64,000 bases of DNA, taken from positions 2,170,001-2,234,000 of the forward strand of contig JBHGNT010000003.1 of the NCBI GenBank assembly GCA_043228905.1. Reading direction: 5' to 3'. The notes beneath the pieces were generated by a model. That model worked only from the letters and a program-made list of their open reading frames with translations. It ran no database searches and was not told the DNA's origin. A program made the position numbers and the translations under genes. This document shows positions 24,159-37,475 of the stretch, one piece after another. Numbering within the stretch: the stretch's first letter is position 1; every line of letters starts with the position of its first letter. This DNA is from Azolla caroliniana (Eukaryota; Plantae; Polypodiophyta).

Positions 24159-24867
24159 CGCAGTAATGAATGGTTTCATGAGCATGTTTTTATGCGACTC
24201 ATAATAGGTATCCTCCTGTTTCTTAACCCTAGATAAAAAATCTCCTTGAATATACCCCCTAACTCCAAAACTTTATCTCTATAAGTATGCTAAACTAGCT
24301 TGACAACAACGTGGTATATAAAATCCGAATTCCCTTATATGAATATAGAACCTCAGACACAATGGCAAAGAAAATTGATTATAAATGTCCAAAGCAACCT
24401 TAGAGGACCATTCAAATTTGTTGACCACATATATATCTTATAGGATGAACAAAGTAGTCTTAGTGGACCCATGACTTAGTCTTCCCATGGGTCCACTAAG
24501 TCTCATCAATTGGCCATTAATGATAAAGGCAATTTCATAAAATCATTACCATATCATCATTGTTTTCATGATAAATTCACCTAATCATGAGATATTTTCC
24601 ATTGTAACATATATTCAATAATTTTAATGTCCCTTGCCTTGGGGATGACTATAGTAATCCTTGGCTCTATGCACATCCCTATACCTAACTATCTATCTAC
24701 TCATAGATAGATATCTGAGTTAAGGATTTGTCTCATGGGTCAATATTATTGACCTCTCTATGGATGCTAATACTATCTATCTATCTACCTACTCATACAA
24801 AGGCTCATCATCATGGCAAATAGAAACTTGCTCACCAAAAGACTTATCAATGGGTTGATCTTCCTAG

Positions 24868-24922
24868 ACATGAACAAACTTCAAAAGAAGGAGGCAGTTT
24901 TTGTATGTATGCATTCATCATG
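24868..24922 (+). pseudogene. Short DUF247 fragment (HEQTSKEGG.FCMYAFIM)
   Basis: Matches 3711-3764 at the nucleotide level. Copy at ~54253-54307. Confidence 0.65.
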
Positions 24923-25723
24923 TCACAAAAACAGAGTATCTCTTAAAAAGTAAACTATTAAAATAAGACAATGCTAATATGTTTCCTACATTGAAACTAT
25001 TGTAACAGTATTAACTATCATTAAAACACAGAGAGCCCACACACTAAAGATCTAAGATCGTTGTTTCTAAGCTTGCTTCAACTTTCCTAGCCACACACTA
25101 ACAACAGCCAACTTTGTCTCTAACTTTGCCATCACTGAGAAAATAAAAACTTTTATCTCTAAGATTCAAATTAAGCTGTGTAAATTAAAAGATTGGTACA
25201 GAGCATGTGTTGAGGAATCCCCTGGCCATGCAAAAACCTTTGTCATTAAGTGATGTCATTTCCATGTACTATCAATGAAAATCGGTGCCATTAGTGCTAG
25301 TTAGAGATCATGATTTGACGAGTAATGACCAATTTAGTAGCATTTGCCCCAAACTCTCAGTTATTTTCATACTCACTGTTTCCTCTGAAATAAATTGATC
25401 AGGAGTCCCATTCATCCCTTCTTCTTTATTCAAACTATTCATGTCAGTTTCAGACCTAATGCCGATCAGATTTTACGTATTCTGTATAAATGAGATCACA
25501 ATACTTTGGTGGAAAATTATGAAAATTTGAGTTTTAATTACTGAAGGCCTTGAGTTCAACAGTAACTAATTATCCAAATTTGATTTCCGAAAACATTTCA
25601 TTTTATAGCCCTTAATTTATATGAGAATGGCAATTTGATTTACATCCCTACCCACAAAATTGGGAATTGATAGATCTTTACTTTCGTACACTGGAAATCA
25701 TGTATGCATTCTCTTCTTCATTA

Positions 25724-28700
25724 TTAGGTTGAGCTCTTGTGTTGTTTTAGCTCTAGAATGTATTTGCCTAATTTCTTTATATCTAGAGTATCTAATAGTT
25801 TGGGGAGGGTGGGAGATGGACCAAGTATGTCTTGGTATTTTGCCCTTATCTCGGCATAGGTTGGACACTTGCATGTAAAGTGGTACTCATCCTCTATCTC
25901 TATGTGACATAACCTACATATCCTTTCCTCCCTAGGGACTCCACTAGTACGGCCATTTTCAATCTCAAGTTGGTGAGACGATATTCTAAGTTGTCCAATG
26001 GCAACCCTTAGTGCATGTGGTAAGAATACATCTAGATATTTTGGCCGTGTGATAAAACCTAACTCAAAGAAGTGCATGAAGTGTTTCTTATAGTACGACA
26101 TTTTAGATGGGAGTGGCTCTAGTGGGGTGATCCATTTACACCGAGTGTAAATTTGCCATATTTCTTGGCGTATTACTTTATTGCGGTTCTCATGAGAGAT
26201 TAAGGTGTTATCACTCGTGTGGTTGTACCTAAGGGGAGGTAGGTTATTAATGTCTAGACCATTCGCAAGAAGCCAAGTCACCATCATGCCATACCATGAG
26301 CTAGTATAGCAGGACTCATACAATGATCGAGAGGCCTTAAAGGCTTGATGAGATATTCTATCATGTGGTTGGCTATGTATCCTATCAATAAAGACTACAA
26401 GTTGAAAAAGTGCCTCTACTAGCATTGGGGGTAACGTGAACTCGGCCCTAATAATGTCATGTGGTACAGTCGATTTGCTTCAGAGTTGGCGTGATAGCAT
26501 CATCACCAATGGTCTCTCTAATTGCGTCCACATGAAGGATGGTAATCCTGGAGCCCAAACCGCTGATGCATACATGAGGGAGGGGGTCACTAATGAGTCA
26601 AAGAGCCACCCTTTAGTCCGTGGCTCTTGAAAGTGTGCTTGGTGGCATTGTCTCTCTAGGAGTGAGAGGGATGCATGTCCTCTCGTGAGTCTATCCTTCG
26701 CTGCCTGTGTCATCGAAAATTTACCTGAGCGGGCACTAAAAGTGACTCCGAGATATACGTACGATCCAACCACCTCGACTGGGCTATGGGAGATAGTTAG
26801 GTGACACTTAGCTCTAACTTGGGCCGATGTGTGGAAGATAAGGACTTTCGTTTTCCCTAGATTCACTACCAATCCTCGTTGTACACAAAAGTCATCTAAG
26901 GCATTGAGGTGCCTCTGTAGGTCGTGTTCGGATTCAGAGAGCAAAACTATGTCATCCGCATAGAGCAAGATACGAACCTGCGTATCCCCAAGGACCACTC
27001 CGGTGCCTCCCTCACGAGCAATAAAATCTGTGATCTCATCAATGTAGATCCCAAAAAGCGTCGGTGATAGGGGGCAACCTTGTTTTACACCAATAGTGCT
27101 AGTGAAACGATTGGATAGGCCACCTGGGCATCGGACAAACCCGGACACTTGTTCATATAGTGCGTAGATGGCCCATACCATATCATCTGGTATCCTCAAG
27201 CTTTTAAGTCTATTAGACAACCGATCTCTAGGGACTGTGTCAAAGGCTTTGCGGAAGTCCACAAAACAACAATATAATCTCTTCTTGCGAGCCCTAGTTT
27301 GGTCAATTAAGCATCTAAGTATGAAGATGTGATCAATAGTGGAGAAGGATCGTCTAAAGCCAGCTTGTTCAGGTGCACGAAGGTTTAGGGTCTCCATGTA
27401 GTCGCTAAGCTCTGCTTCCATTACTGCACCATATAACTTAGCAAGGGTATGGCCTATCATAATGGTCCTATATGTATTTGGGTCCATGGGGTTCCCCCCT
27501 TTATGTATGGGGGTCACTGTATTCATAGTCCACTGTGGTGGAAAACCCTCCGCAAGGGCACGGTTGAAGATTACAGTTAGCAAGGGAGCTAGGCACTCTC
27601 TCGCATATATAATGTGTTCTGCTCGCAATCCTGTGTGGTCCATGGACTTCCTATGTTGTAATTTCTTTATGACCTTCATGACCCTAGAGGTCGTGAAAAG
27701 TGTCCCCGTGGTAGGCCGGGGTGTGGAAGGCATTGGAAAAGGTGGTTGGTTTGGGATTTGGTAAAGTCTCTCTGTATATGTGTGCCAAGTTTCGGGATCT
27801 TCGATGGGTGTTTGTGGTCTTGGCTCCCGTAGTCTCTTCCATGCCATGGCGCAATCGCTACTCATGAGCATATGGTAGAGTTCCCAGTATTGGGATGCCT
27901 CCCACGCTCGTCTCTTACGACGTGTCATCTTACGCATTTCTTTGCGAGCTTGTGTGGAGGTAATACTACCATTGAGTTGCGATACTGTAAGTTGTCTATG
28001 TAGGTCCCTACAATCCTCGTCAAACCATTTATTTTGTGGCATTGATCCTGATCTACCTTGATTGAGTGTTTTGTATATGGGAAACTGCTAGCTGCTGCGG
28101 AGTGAAGGATGTGTGTGAGTTTTGTACTAAGGCTTTCTAACGGTAGAGAGGGATCAATGGAGGGGAGATGGGCCTGAACATGTTGAGAGTATATGTCAGA
28201 GAGCTCATGTGTGAAATGTATTGTGGTGTGATGGCATGGTTGACTAGACTTGGTGACCTTAGAGATATCACATTTTAGCTCGAAGTATAAGAAGCTATGG
28301 TCTGCGCCAATAGGGCATGGGGCCACTCGGAAGGAGTTAATCAAGTGGGTAGCTGTCGGGCGCCCTATTAGATAGTCAACTGTGCTTTCCCCTCCTCCAT
28401 GTGGGAAACACGTGAGCTCTTCCGAGCCCGGCCACTTAGCTAAACCATTATATATGACCATCTGGTGCCGACTGCCAAGTTCGAGCAGATGATGGCCAAA
28501 GCTCGTGGCGTCCGCACCTTGATCCTTTGATCTACGTGTGGTGCCTATGTCTAAAGGATCAACATTTACCATTTCTAGGTTTCTATTCATCTGAAATACT
28601 GTGCATTGTCGGGATTGGGTTCTCGCATTGAAGTCTCCTACAAGAAATACTTCTCCTTGGGAAGAATATCGGATTATGTCATCCGATAGGGGTTCGTATG

Positions 28701-29136
28701 GAGAAGGCCCATGTGGCATTCCTTCATCGACTAATCTCGTCAAGCCACTAATATTATAACGGGATCCTTTTGGGGGAAAGTAACAAATGGCGAAAAATAC
28801 TGCATGGTCTTTGCTTGTGGAGACTTTCACCCACATAAAACGAGCTTCTGGGTCTATCTTCATTATTTCTATCCTATTATGTAGCTCTCTACGAAATAGT
28901 ATCGCGACACCTCCAGATCCCCTAGTAGTGTGTCGACGTGAGGTTTGTCTAAAAGCGGACTCCCAACGGAATCCTTCGACCCGTGGGAGTCCTCTATTTG
29001 GGCTCTGATGTGTTTCTACCAAGAAAAGTATATCAGATACCTTTAGTATCTCCTCTAGGCGGCCGGGGTGTGCCCAGAGTGCGCCATTACAATTCCATAG
29101 GGTCATCCTAAGTGCATTTTCTGTCACATGGGCCAC
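25724..29136 (-). pseudogene. LINE ORF2 (endonuclease-RT-Cys/His motif), disabled
   Basis: WNCNG, GDFNAR, STVDY, GADH (EN). EQAGFR, DFRKAFDTV, GVKQGCPLSPTLF, LLYADD, YLG (RT). Frameshift near 28060 and in-frame TGA at 26480-26482. Confidence 0.9.
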
Positions 29137-29142
29137 ACGCTG

Positions 29143-29955
29143 TCAGTTAGTAGTGCGATCATTTATGATCACTCGCCCGTCTCGGTAAAAGGCGCGATGG
29201 CCTTCTTTACGAGCTTGCATAACTCGTGGCATACAACTCTTGCGATGCTCAATTTGCATCTTAGTGAGGTCTTCATCGAGATAGATGGGGTCCCCATCCA
29301 TTCCTCGAAGGATTGGTCTCTTCTTAAAGAAAGTGATTCTAGAGTCTAAGTCTTTAAATTGAAGGACTAAGGCTCTCTTCCTAGTTGTGTCACGCCCGGC
29401 CCTCCATGCTTTGGTGATAGGTAGGGCCTCTGTGTACCCTAACATTTTCCCAAGTGTTTGTGCGTCCTCATTTGGGGATGCACCTTCCTTGAGCCCAGTG
29501 ACACGTACATTTAAGCGTCGGGCCTGACGCATTTTCTCTTCTTCAAGGGTGGTGTTAACAATATTTTCATCTTTTATTTCTTTTTTAATGTTTCTTTTAA
29601 CCACATCTACCCAACCCGTTTTAGCTAACTCTATGTTATTATTAACTTCCTCTTTAACTTTTTTAATTCCATCCTTTATATCCTTTATAGAGGATATTTC
29701 ACCGTCTTCTCGAGATACCTCGATGTCGTTAAGTTGTTTTTTAAGGTCGATGTTTTCTACTTTAAGTTGTTCTATTTCGGCCTTGAGGGCATCTTTTTCC
29801 TCTCTATCTTTTTTCTTGTAGGTTTCGGTGTCTTTCACCCATTTTTTCATATCCATCCCTATTTTTGTTAAACGATTAAACATATCTAAAAAGTCCTCCT
29901 TACTTATAGCCTCGTCTTGTATATCCTTAAGTTCCTTAGTCTGTCTAGACGTCAT
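29143..29955 (-). CDS. LINE ORF1 (coiled coil plus RRM-like region), 270 aa
   Basis: Coiled-coil N-half, RRLNVRVTGLKE, IYLDEDLTK..R, FYRDGRVIIN. Lies directly upstream of ORF2. Confidence 0.85.
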   Translation of the reverse strand: MTSRQTKELKDIQDEAISKEDFLDMFNRLTKIGMDMKKWVKDTETYKKKDREEKDALKAEIEQLKVENIDLKKQLNDIEVSREDGEISSIKDIKDGIKKVKEEVNNNIELAKTGWVDVVKRNIKKEIKDENIVNTTLEEEKMRQARRLNVRVTGLKEGASPNEDAQTLGKMLGYTEALPITKAWRAGRDTTRKRALVLQFKDLDSRITFFKKRPILRGMDGDPIYLDEDLTKMQIEHRKSCMPRVMQARKEGHRAFYRDGRVIINDRTTN

Positions 29956-30139
29956 TGTGGTGTCAATAAGAAAAAAAAAAGGTAAAATAAATGGGTTCGA
30001 GACTTAGCCGAGTTTGTGTGTGTGTCGCAATCACATCGGCATTTTGTAGCACGGGACGAGCACACCAAAAGAACCCACCCACGAACTCGTCGAGAAAAAG
30101 GTACTTCACCACATCAAGAACGGAGAAGAAAACACCCCG

Positions 30140-30470
30140 TGACGACGACGGTGACGGTGGCAGTCGTCAAACGACAGTAGACGATGGCAGCAGTAGACGG
30201 CAGACGGCGGCAACAGACGACAGACGGCAACAACAGACGGCAGACGGCGGCAGCAGACGGCAGAAGACGGTGGACGACTGCACGGTGGCAGACGGCGACG
30301 GCCGCAGATAACGGCAGCGACGGCGACGGCGACGGCGACGACACTAGCCGGCGACAGAGAGAGACGAGGAAGCGAGCGAGAGAGAGAGAGAGCAGACGGC
30401 GACGGTTGCATCAGCTGCAGACAACGGCTGCAGACGACGGCGACGGTGACGGCGACGGCGACGACAGCGA
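30140..30470. repeat. GC-rich low-complexity (GAC/GGC/GCA) tract, putative LINE 5' UTR
   Basis: gacggcgacggc and gcagacggc repeats in otherwise AT-rich DNA. Confidence 0.75.
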
Positions 30471-30783
30471 CAGAGAATCGTCCAATGTAATTTAGCGAAA
30501 TGGTAAAAAATCATGATCATTTCATGAAATGCCCAAGATAAGTTAAGATACTTCAAGGTGTTTGTCTCTTTTTAATCATACACAAACATGGGGTACCCTA
30601 CACTTCACATGCTAACGAAGAACAAATTTGAAGACTTCTTCAAACTCTTTAAGCCCCAATGAAGACCAAGAAATTGTTTATGAATGATCCAACATACCTA
30701 AGAACTATCTACTCCCTAAAGCAAACTCCAGTGAAGCAAGTATCAAGTTTATGTAACAACTACAACAAAAGAAGAAGAAGAAG

Positions 30784-32348
30784 ATGAAGAATAATGCCTT
30801 CCATGGGAAACAAATGGCACAATATTCACATTCATATCATCTCATCCCTACTATCCATAACTTCCCCATCGAGCAACTTCATCAACTCAATCGACAACCA
30901 GAAGAATGGAAAGTCTACATGGAGAAAGAGATTGTTACGGCTGCTCCTATGCATGTTAATAGTATGGCTGCCAACATATCTACGTTCCGAAAAGCTAAAT
31001 TGATCGGATTTGTCCCGCGTGCACTGTTCGAGGTGAACCCACACTCATATTGCCCGCGGATCCTGACCATCGGTCCACTGTATCAAAACCTCGAGCCTTC
31101 CCCTATGGACAGATGCAAGGCCCTATGTGTGAACAAATTCATGGACAGACATCAGATATTAAATATGGAAGAGTTCATGAAAACGCTCATCCCTCAAGAC
31201 CCCAAGGAACTCAGCAACATCTATTTCGGCCTCAGCCCGGCTTACAACTTTGAGTCCCTCAGACTTCTAGTCACTGTTGATACCATCTTCATTCACGAAT
31301 TCTTTCTGTTCTTGAGCGAGGATTGCCCTCACTCCCAAGAGATGAAGAGTGGGTACATGTACACCTTCATCGATAATAGAATTACAATATCCCAAATATG
31401 GAGGGACTTGCTGCTTATAGGCAACCAGATTCCCATGTCATTCCTAAAGAAAATTATAAACATCCCAAAGGAATTAGCCGACTTCACAGAGAATGATCTC
31501 CTGGAATACTTGGGTTATTTTGTTTGGGTAAACGATCCATTCCTCCGCAGCAAGTTTCCAGTCGAGAGTAATGAAACAGGACAGAAGTGTAAGCAACTAA
31601 ATGTGAATTTTCTCGCCTGCGAGCATCTACTCGATTGCCTATATGTTTCCTGCATACAAAAAGAATCAACTGAACATTCGAGGGAGGCGCAAAACTCTAC
31701 GAATCAAGGAGGATGCGTGCAACTCCTGAACTTCGTACCGGGCTGCAAAAAGATCAAGAATCTGGTGCTTCATTGCCTTCCGGCAACGACATCTGGACCC
31801 TCTAAATTCTGCACCTGGTTAAACCATGGATGGCAAAAGCAGGCATCCGGTTCATGGCTTGTGAAGGTAACACATCGGTGATCAAGTACGACAAGAGAAA
31901 AAGTCGGTTTTATCTTCCACGACTTGTCGTGTACCACGGCACAGAGGATAAGTTGAGGAACATTCTTGCACATGAACGAATTTCCAGAGAAGATGACAGA
32001 GGTATGGTTTATGGATATGCCATGATCATGGACTCACTCATTGACACACAAGAAGATATCACCATCTTGACTCGTGCCAAAGTCTTAGAGAATCACCTCG
32101 GGAGTGACGAGAGGTTGGTCCAGATGTGGAATGAGATGTGCATCAACATCTCCGAGGGGTCGTATCCGAAAGAATTCGAAAGCATGATCAAAGAGATAAT
32201 GGAACACTACAGGATCCATTGGCGCGTCTTGTATGTGGAGTTTTGTGCAAAGTTCAGTTCCCTACCATGGTTATGGATGTCGGCCATGGCTGCGGTGATA
32301 CTTCTCACCCTTTCATTAGTGCAGACAGTGTTTACAATTTTAGGTTGA
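30784..32348 (+). pseudogene. DUF247 pseudogene, frameshift deletion at ~31830
   Basis: Overlapping ORFs 30784-31881 and 31830-32348. The RLxPASEL motif is missing at the junction. Confidence 0.85.
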
Positions 32349-33475
32349 AATATCCTAATCTTGATCCCTTATGCCAGTAGAGAAGGTCATTGGATGTTAG
32401 AATCAAACCTATTGGATTGATGGCATTGCTACCTAGATTTAAATATCCTAATCCTGATCCCTTGTTCCAGTAGAGAAGCTCATTGGATATTAGAACCAAA
32501 TCCGTTGGATTGAAGGCATACGGGCTAATTGTAAAATATTATGAGGTATTTTCCTCCAACACGTGTGTTTGTCTAATAACGTATGCCATTTGATTATGAA
32601 AATTGCTATTGTTTTTAATTGTTTTTATTAATGATCAATCATTCATCACCAATAAATTTTAAAAGGCATATTGTCACGCAAATAATTCATTATCTAGCCA
32701 TGACATCGCATAGGTATTCGATAACATCACTACTTTAGGGGAACTTGGGCATATGCTTCAAATAAAAACTATAATCTACATAGAGGAAAGAAAATCACTG
32801 TAAGAAATTAAGAGTGGAAGAAGTTTAGTTAATGCACGGATTGCTCAATAGGATTAACCATGATATTTATTAGAACTTTTGGACCATGATTGCACACAAT
32901 GTTGAACATCCTAATCAACCTTTATTAATCTTGTAGGTGAGACCAATCCCCACAATGTGGTCACACTGAAGTCACAATACAAATATCTTTTTGTCCAATA
33001 GTAGGAATACCACATTACTTTTGACCGTAGTACCTTATCATCATAATGCTTCCACACTATTTGAAAAGATGTGTCAAGACGATGTACTAAGATGATTCAA
33101 TGTTTTTTGATGTAAAAAATGGCTCTATTTACATCCCTCTACCCAACTACCTTCTTACAAGTTTTTTTCCATTTGTTTTTTAATAATACAAGGTACCCAC
33201 CTACTCATAGATAGATACGTTTTATCTCAAACAATTTGAAGCTGTAAAATAAACTTTTGGATACTTCAAGGTTTTTACCTTTGTTTTTTAATAATACAAG
33301 ATAAGGCACCCCCCATACGCAAACAAAGCAACAAAAAAATACTTGAGATGACTCCAAACTCTAATTCATGATCCAACATCATATCTCAGAACTAAATACT
33401 AGCTAGATTAGGAGCCTCCCATCACCTACCTAGTGTATTGTGTGAAGAAAGTGTCAAGTTTGTGTCAAGAAGAAG

Positions 33476-34011
33476 ATGAAAACAAAGAAGAAGATGGTGG
33501 TTCATAAGGCCTCCCATGGGAAACAAATGGCACAAGATTTACATTCGTATAGTCCCACCCGTACTATATGCATAACTTTCCCATTGAGAAACCAATATCA
33601 ATGGAAAGACTACATGGAAAAAGAGATCATGGAGGCTAAACACAAATCTACATTCCAAAAAAGAAAAGTGATTGAGTCTAACCATCTAATGGATTGTCTA
33701 TATGTTTCGTGCACACAATGATCATCCGAACAATTTCCCAACATTCCTACGAAGAGGAAAAAGAGCAAGAAGAAAGGTTGCCAGCCTTCCAATCTCATGT
33801 CGGCATCTGAGCTCTCGAAAGTCAGCATCCGATTCAATGCCTGTTAAGGTAACATATCCGTGATCAAGTATGACAAGAGAAAACGTCGGCTTCATTTTCT
33901 ACAACTTTTCATGTATGATAGTACAAAGGATGTGATGAGGAGCCTCATTGCACATGAACAAATCTCCAAAGAAAGACTTGACTTCACTATGTATGCCATA
34001 GTCATGGACTC
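33476..34011 (+). pseudogene. Internally deleted DUF247 pseudogene
   Basis: KASHGKQMAQ..WKDYMEKEI is joined to HLMDCLYVSCTQ*, followed by ASELSKVSIRF, RSLIAHEQ and MYAIVMDS. Confidence 0.85.
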
Positions 34012-34268
34012 GTTTTGGGACTTGTTGTGTGTCTACTAATTGATATTGTATTTGTTTAGCATTGTAAATAGTCTATTCCCTAAACCCTAATTCCTTATTT
34101 GTGGATCCAATAGAGAAGAAGGCCATGAACTACTACTAGGAATAAACTTTGTTGGATTGAGACCACACGAGGAAATTATGGAAGATCATGTGGCACTTTC
34201 CTCTATGTAAATTTGCATTCCTGTTGAAATCTATTTCATTTGAATTATGAAATATGATCTTCTTTTAA

Positions 34269-37200
34269 TCCAACTTCATCAAATTAATACAGTCAATCAT
34301 CACCAAGTAATTAGTCTAAAAGGAATATTGTAGAAACAATATTTTCTTTCTCTGAAACAAATGGAAGACATTAAATGGTGTGGCAATTTTACTCTAGTCA
34401 CATAGCTTTTAAGCAATTGTGTTGGCCATTCTTTAGTTAAACAATGTATATTTGCAGGTATATTCGTCTTCATAAAACATAATCAATACTTGTACTATGC
34501 TAAGGCATAATGTATTGTTGCATGTATCTTTTTCTCTTCTTAACAAGGAAGGTTCTTACAATTAGTAATACATGGAGTGGACCCCCTAGTTTTCATTTGC
34601 CTTGTGGGAATGTGCTTTTGCCTTTACGAACTGAAATTAATGGGTGGACATGGATAGTTAATGTGCATTCTTACTCTTGAGACATATGCACATTGTAGTT
34701 GGTTGGCGATTTGCACAAAAATAATGTTATGTGTGCACTACTTGACAATGCTTTGAATTGTTTGTGCCTTTTGATCTTGCACATTGGACCAGTAACTTGT
34801 TTTATGCCTTTACTTTTAAACCATTTTGCATGTTTGTGCATAAGTTTGTATACATACATGGTTATGTAAGAGCTTGTGAATGCATATGTGGATGTGAATT
34901 TGCCTTGTGTGTGTGAATTCGCTCTGTTGCTTCTCTACTCTTGGTTCCTATGTTGCTCTTCGTTGCTCCTCCGCGCTTCCTTAATCAACTCTCGTCGCCT
35001 CATCAACCCTAAACTATGTTGAACAACTCTAGTATCCGATAAAGGGCAACAATAGGTTTCCAAACCTTAGCCCTGGATTTCCTAAAGCCATCCAAAAATG
35101 ACCAAAAAATCCCCCAAAATTGAAGAAGAGATTAAAAAATTATGAACTAATGTCATGAGTCAATGCACAAGCCATTCCACACATGGGCCACACATATCAA
35201 CACCAACCTTTCCATGCTCCCGAGTAGGTTTTCAATCTCATGGGCACTAACTAAGATTGGATGATTTTTTGTTTTGTCAATGAGTGACCCCATAATGATT
35301 GATGGATGACATGAATGGGTCATGAAAAGAAAATGTAAAGGGTGAAGAGGTTTAATGAAAATTATAAAAATGACAAAGAAGAGATTATTAATGTAGATGT
35401 ATTGGGACACTATAGGAGCCATTGGCATGCATTCACACAAGTTGTACAAACCACCTAATTACACAACACTACATGATGGTGTGTCAAACACTATTCTACT
35501 CTTAGTCTCTCTTCATGAGGATAACGAGGCAAATAAAATAAACGCCTCTCCACAACCACTTGTGCATGTCTTGGACAATAGCGAGCGTAAACCATAAGGG
35601 TAGGAGATAAGAATACCACAAACACAAAAGGGCAAAAAGTGTTTAATGCATAGAGAGTGAGTTGAAAATGACTTCCTTTCTATATTTAATAACTCTAATC
35701 TCTTTATACCTTTCACAAGAGATGACATAAAGTGGTTTATGGTGGATCTCCATCCCATCATTAAGCTTTAATTATCAAGTTGTTAGGTCAAATAGAGAAT
35801 GGTGACCATGCTCGTCAATGGTCTTCCGACAACAATATGGAAAACAACTTTGTGCCTTGTGAAGTCATGTCCACTTTAAAGGTTTCAATTTATCCAGGCA
35901 ATCATAGTTCGAGATAAAGGCACAATTATTGGAGGGAAGGCAATGCACACCAATTGATAATAAGATGTTGGTTTTCGGATTTAAACAATGGATAAAGTTG
36001 GAGGTTGTACATTAATTCATGTTTCAAAGGCCAAGTCAACCTTCCATTTGACTTTCAAGAGAGTTGATAAAATATATGTGACCTTTTTCTCTACCACCTT
36101 TTTTTCATTCTATACACACCACATGAAGATGTCCAACTCTTTTCATATATGTGACCTTAGAGGAGAATCATAACATTCATCTACTCTATCAATCTCTATC
36201 AATTAGTAAATCGATATAAAGATAGGTAGACTTTATTTTCTTCTCAATAGATATTTTATTGTCCATGGTGAGGTCAAATTTGACCTATGGGACCAAATCA
36301 TCTTGTATACGACTCCTTTCTAATGAAGGGGGTTTACTACTCACTTCCAGCTAAAAACTCTTGATGAGAGAGAGCGAGAGGGAGAGAGATATCGACAAAA
36401 TTTTTTTTAATAAAATGTTTAAAAATCATGTGCATTTCTGGAAATATAGGGAAAAATAGATATTGCAAGTAGAACATAAAAGTCAATACTTTCTTCTCTA
36501 GACTTTTAAGACCCAAGGAAAGACAATTGAATAGTTCATAAATAATTGACTGGTGTGGGCCACCTTACACCTAAGATGCAAATAAAGGACAAAACTCTTA
36601 ACACTTTATTTCCTTGGAGACTCTCAAGACACAAGATAAACAAATGTGAAGAACTCTTCAACTCTCCCCTCCCATACCACTATATCATAATGTGAGGAAA
36701 GCAACTCATAGATGTATGAAAATAGGATTGGTACTTCATATAAGTTACCTTGTACAAGAAAGCATCAAGTCAGAATTCAAGAAGAAGAAGAAGAAGAAGA
36801 AGAAGTAGAGAAGAAGAAGTGGTAGTAGTTTGAGATATGGGTGAGAATATCAACAAAGATATATGCCTTACAATTCAAATGAATGGGGATATGGATATAT
36901 GCAATGGTAACCATTTATGTGAACCTACCTTTCATAGCCATAAATCCCCCACCCATGGGCAAATTAATCAACAGAACTTTACTTCAGAAGAAGAATGGAG
37001 GCAATACATGAAGAATGAGATCAGTAATGCTAGCACACCTTTGGTCAGCAAAGGCCCCAAGATTTCGATGGCTCCCCAAGCATTGCTAGAGGTCAAGCCG
37101 CAATCATACTGCCCTCGCATCTTGAACATTGGTCCATTGAATCAAATGCTTGGACGTTCCCCTATTGATAAATGTAAAGCACTTTGTGTGAAGAAATTCA

Positions 37201-37471
37201 TGGAAAGACATAATCTACTGAATGTGGAAGACCTCATGGAAAAATTTCTCTCTGATCTTGATCATAGCCTCAAAGGTAACTACTCCAATCCTCCTGACTA
37301 CAATTTTGAGTCAACCCAACTTTTGTTCACTATTGATGCTGTCTTCATTCTCGAATTCTTGTTGTTCATGAAGAATGATTGCCGATCCGAAGATGATAAG
37401 GGAACTCGATATTTGTACACTTTCTTCAACAATGATATTACACATACCCAAATGTGCAGGGATTTGTTCTT
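34269..37471 (+). repeat. Near-identical direct copy of 1-3196
   Basis: ORF track repeats at offset 34268. Only scattered SNPs and small indels are visible. Confidence 0.95.
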
Positions 37472-37475
37472 CTAG
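36837..37475 (+). pseudogene. 5' part of a DUF247 gene (copy of 2562), truncated at RDLF
   Basis: Almost identical to the first ~211 codons of the 2562 gene, then joins spacer sequence via GTTCTT. Confidence 0.9.

Larger units (their letters stand above)
25730..30473 (-). mobile_element. Non-LTR retrotransposon (LINE, RTE-X-like), near full length, apparently 3'-truncated
   Basis: GC-rich 5' region, ORF1, APE endonuclease, RT and C-terminal CxxC..EDEYHF..C. Its 5' end abuts DUF247 upstream sequence homologous to ~18620 and ~47561. Confidence 0.9.

Noticed and set aside
29991-30556. Several overlapping ORFs in the GC-rich tract
   Set aside because: Low-complexity trinucleotide sequence in the LINE 5' region.
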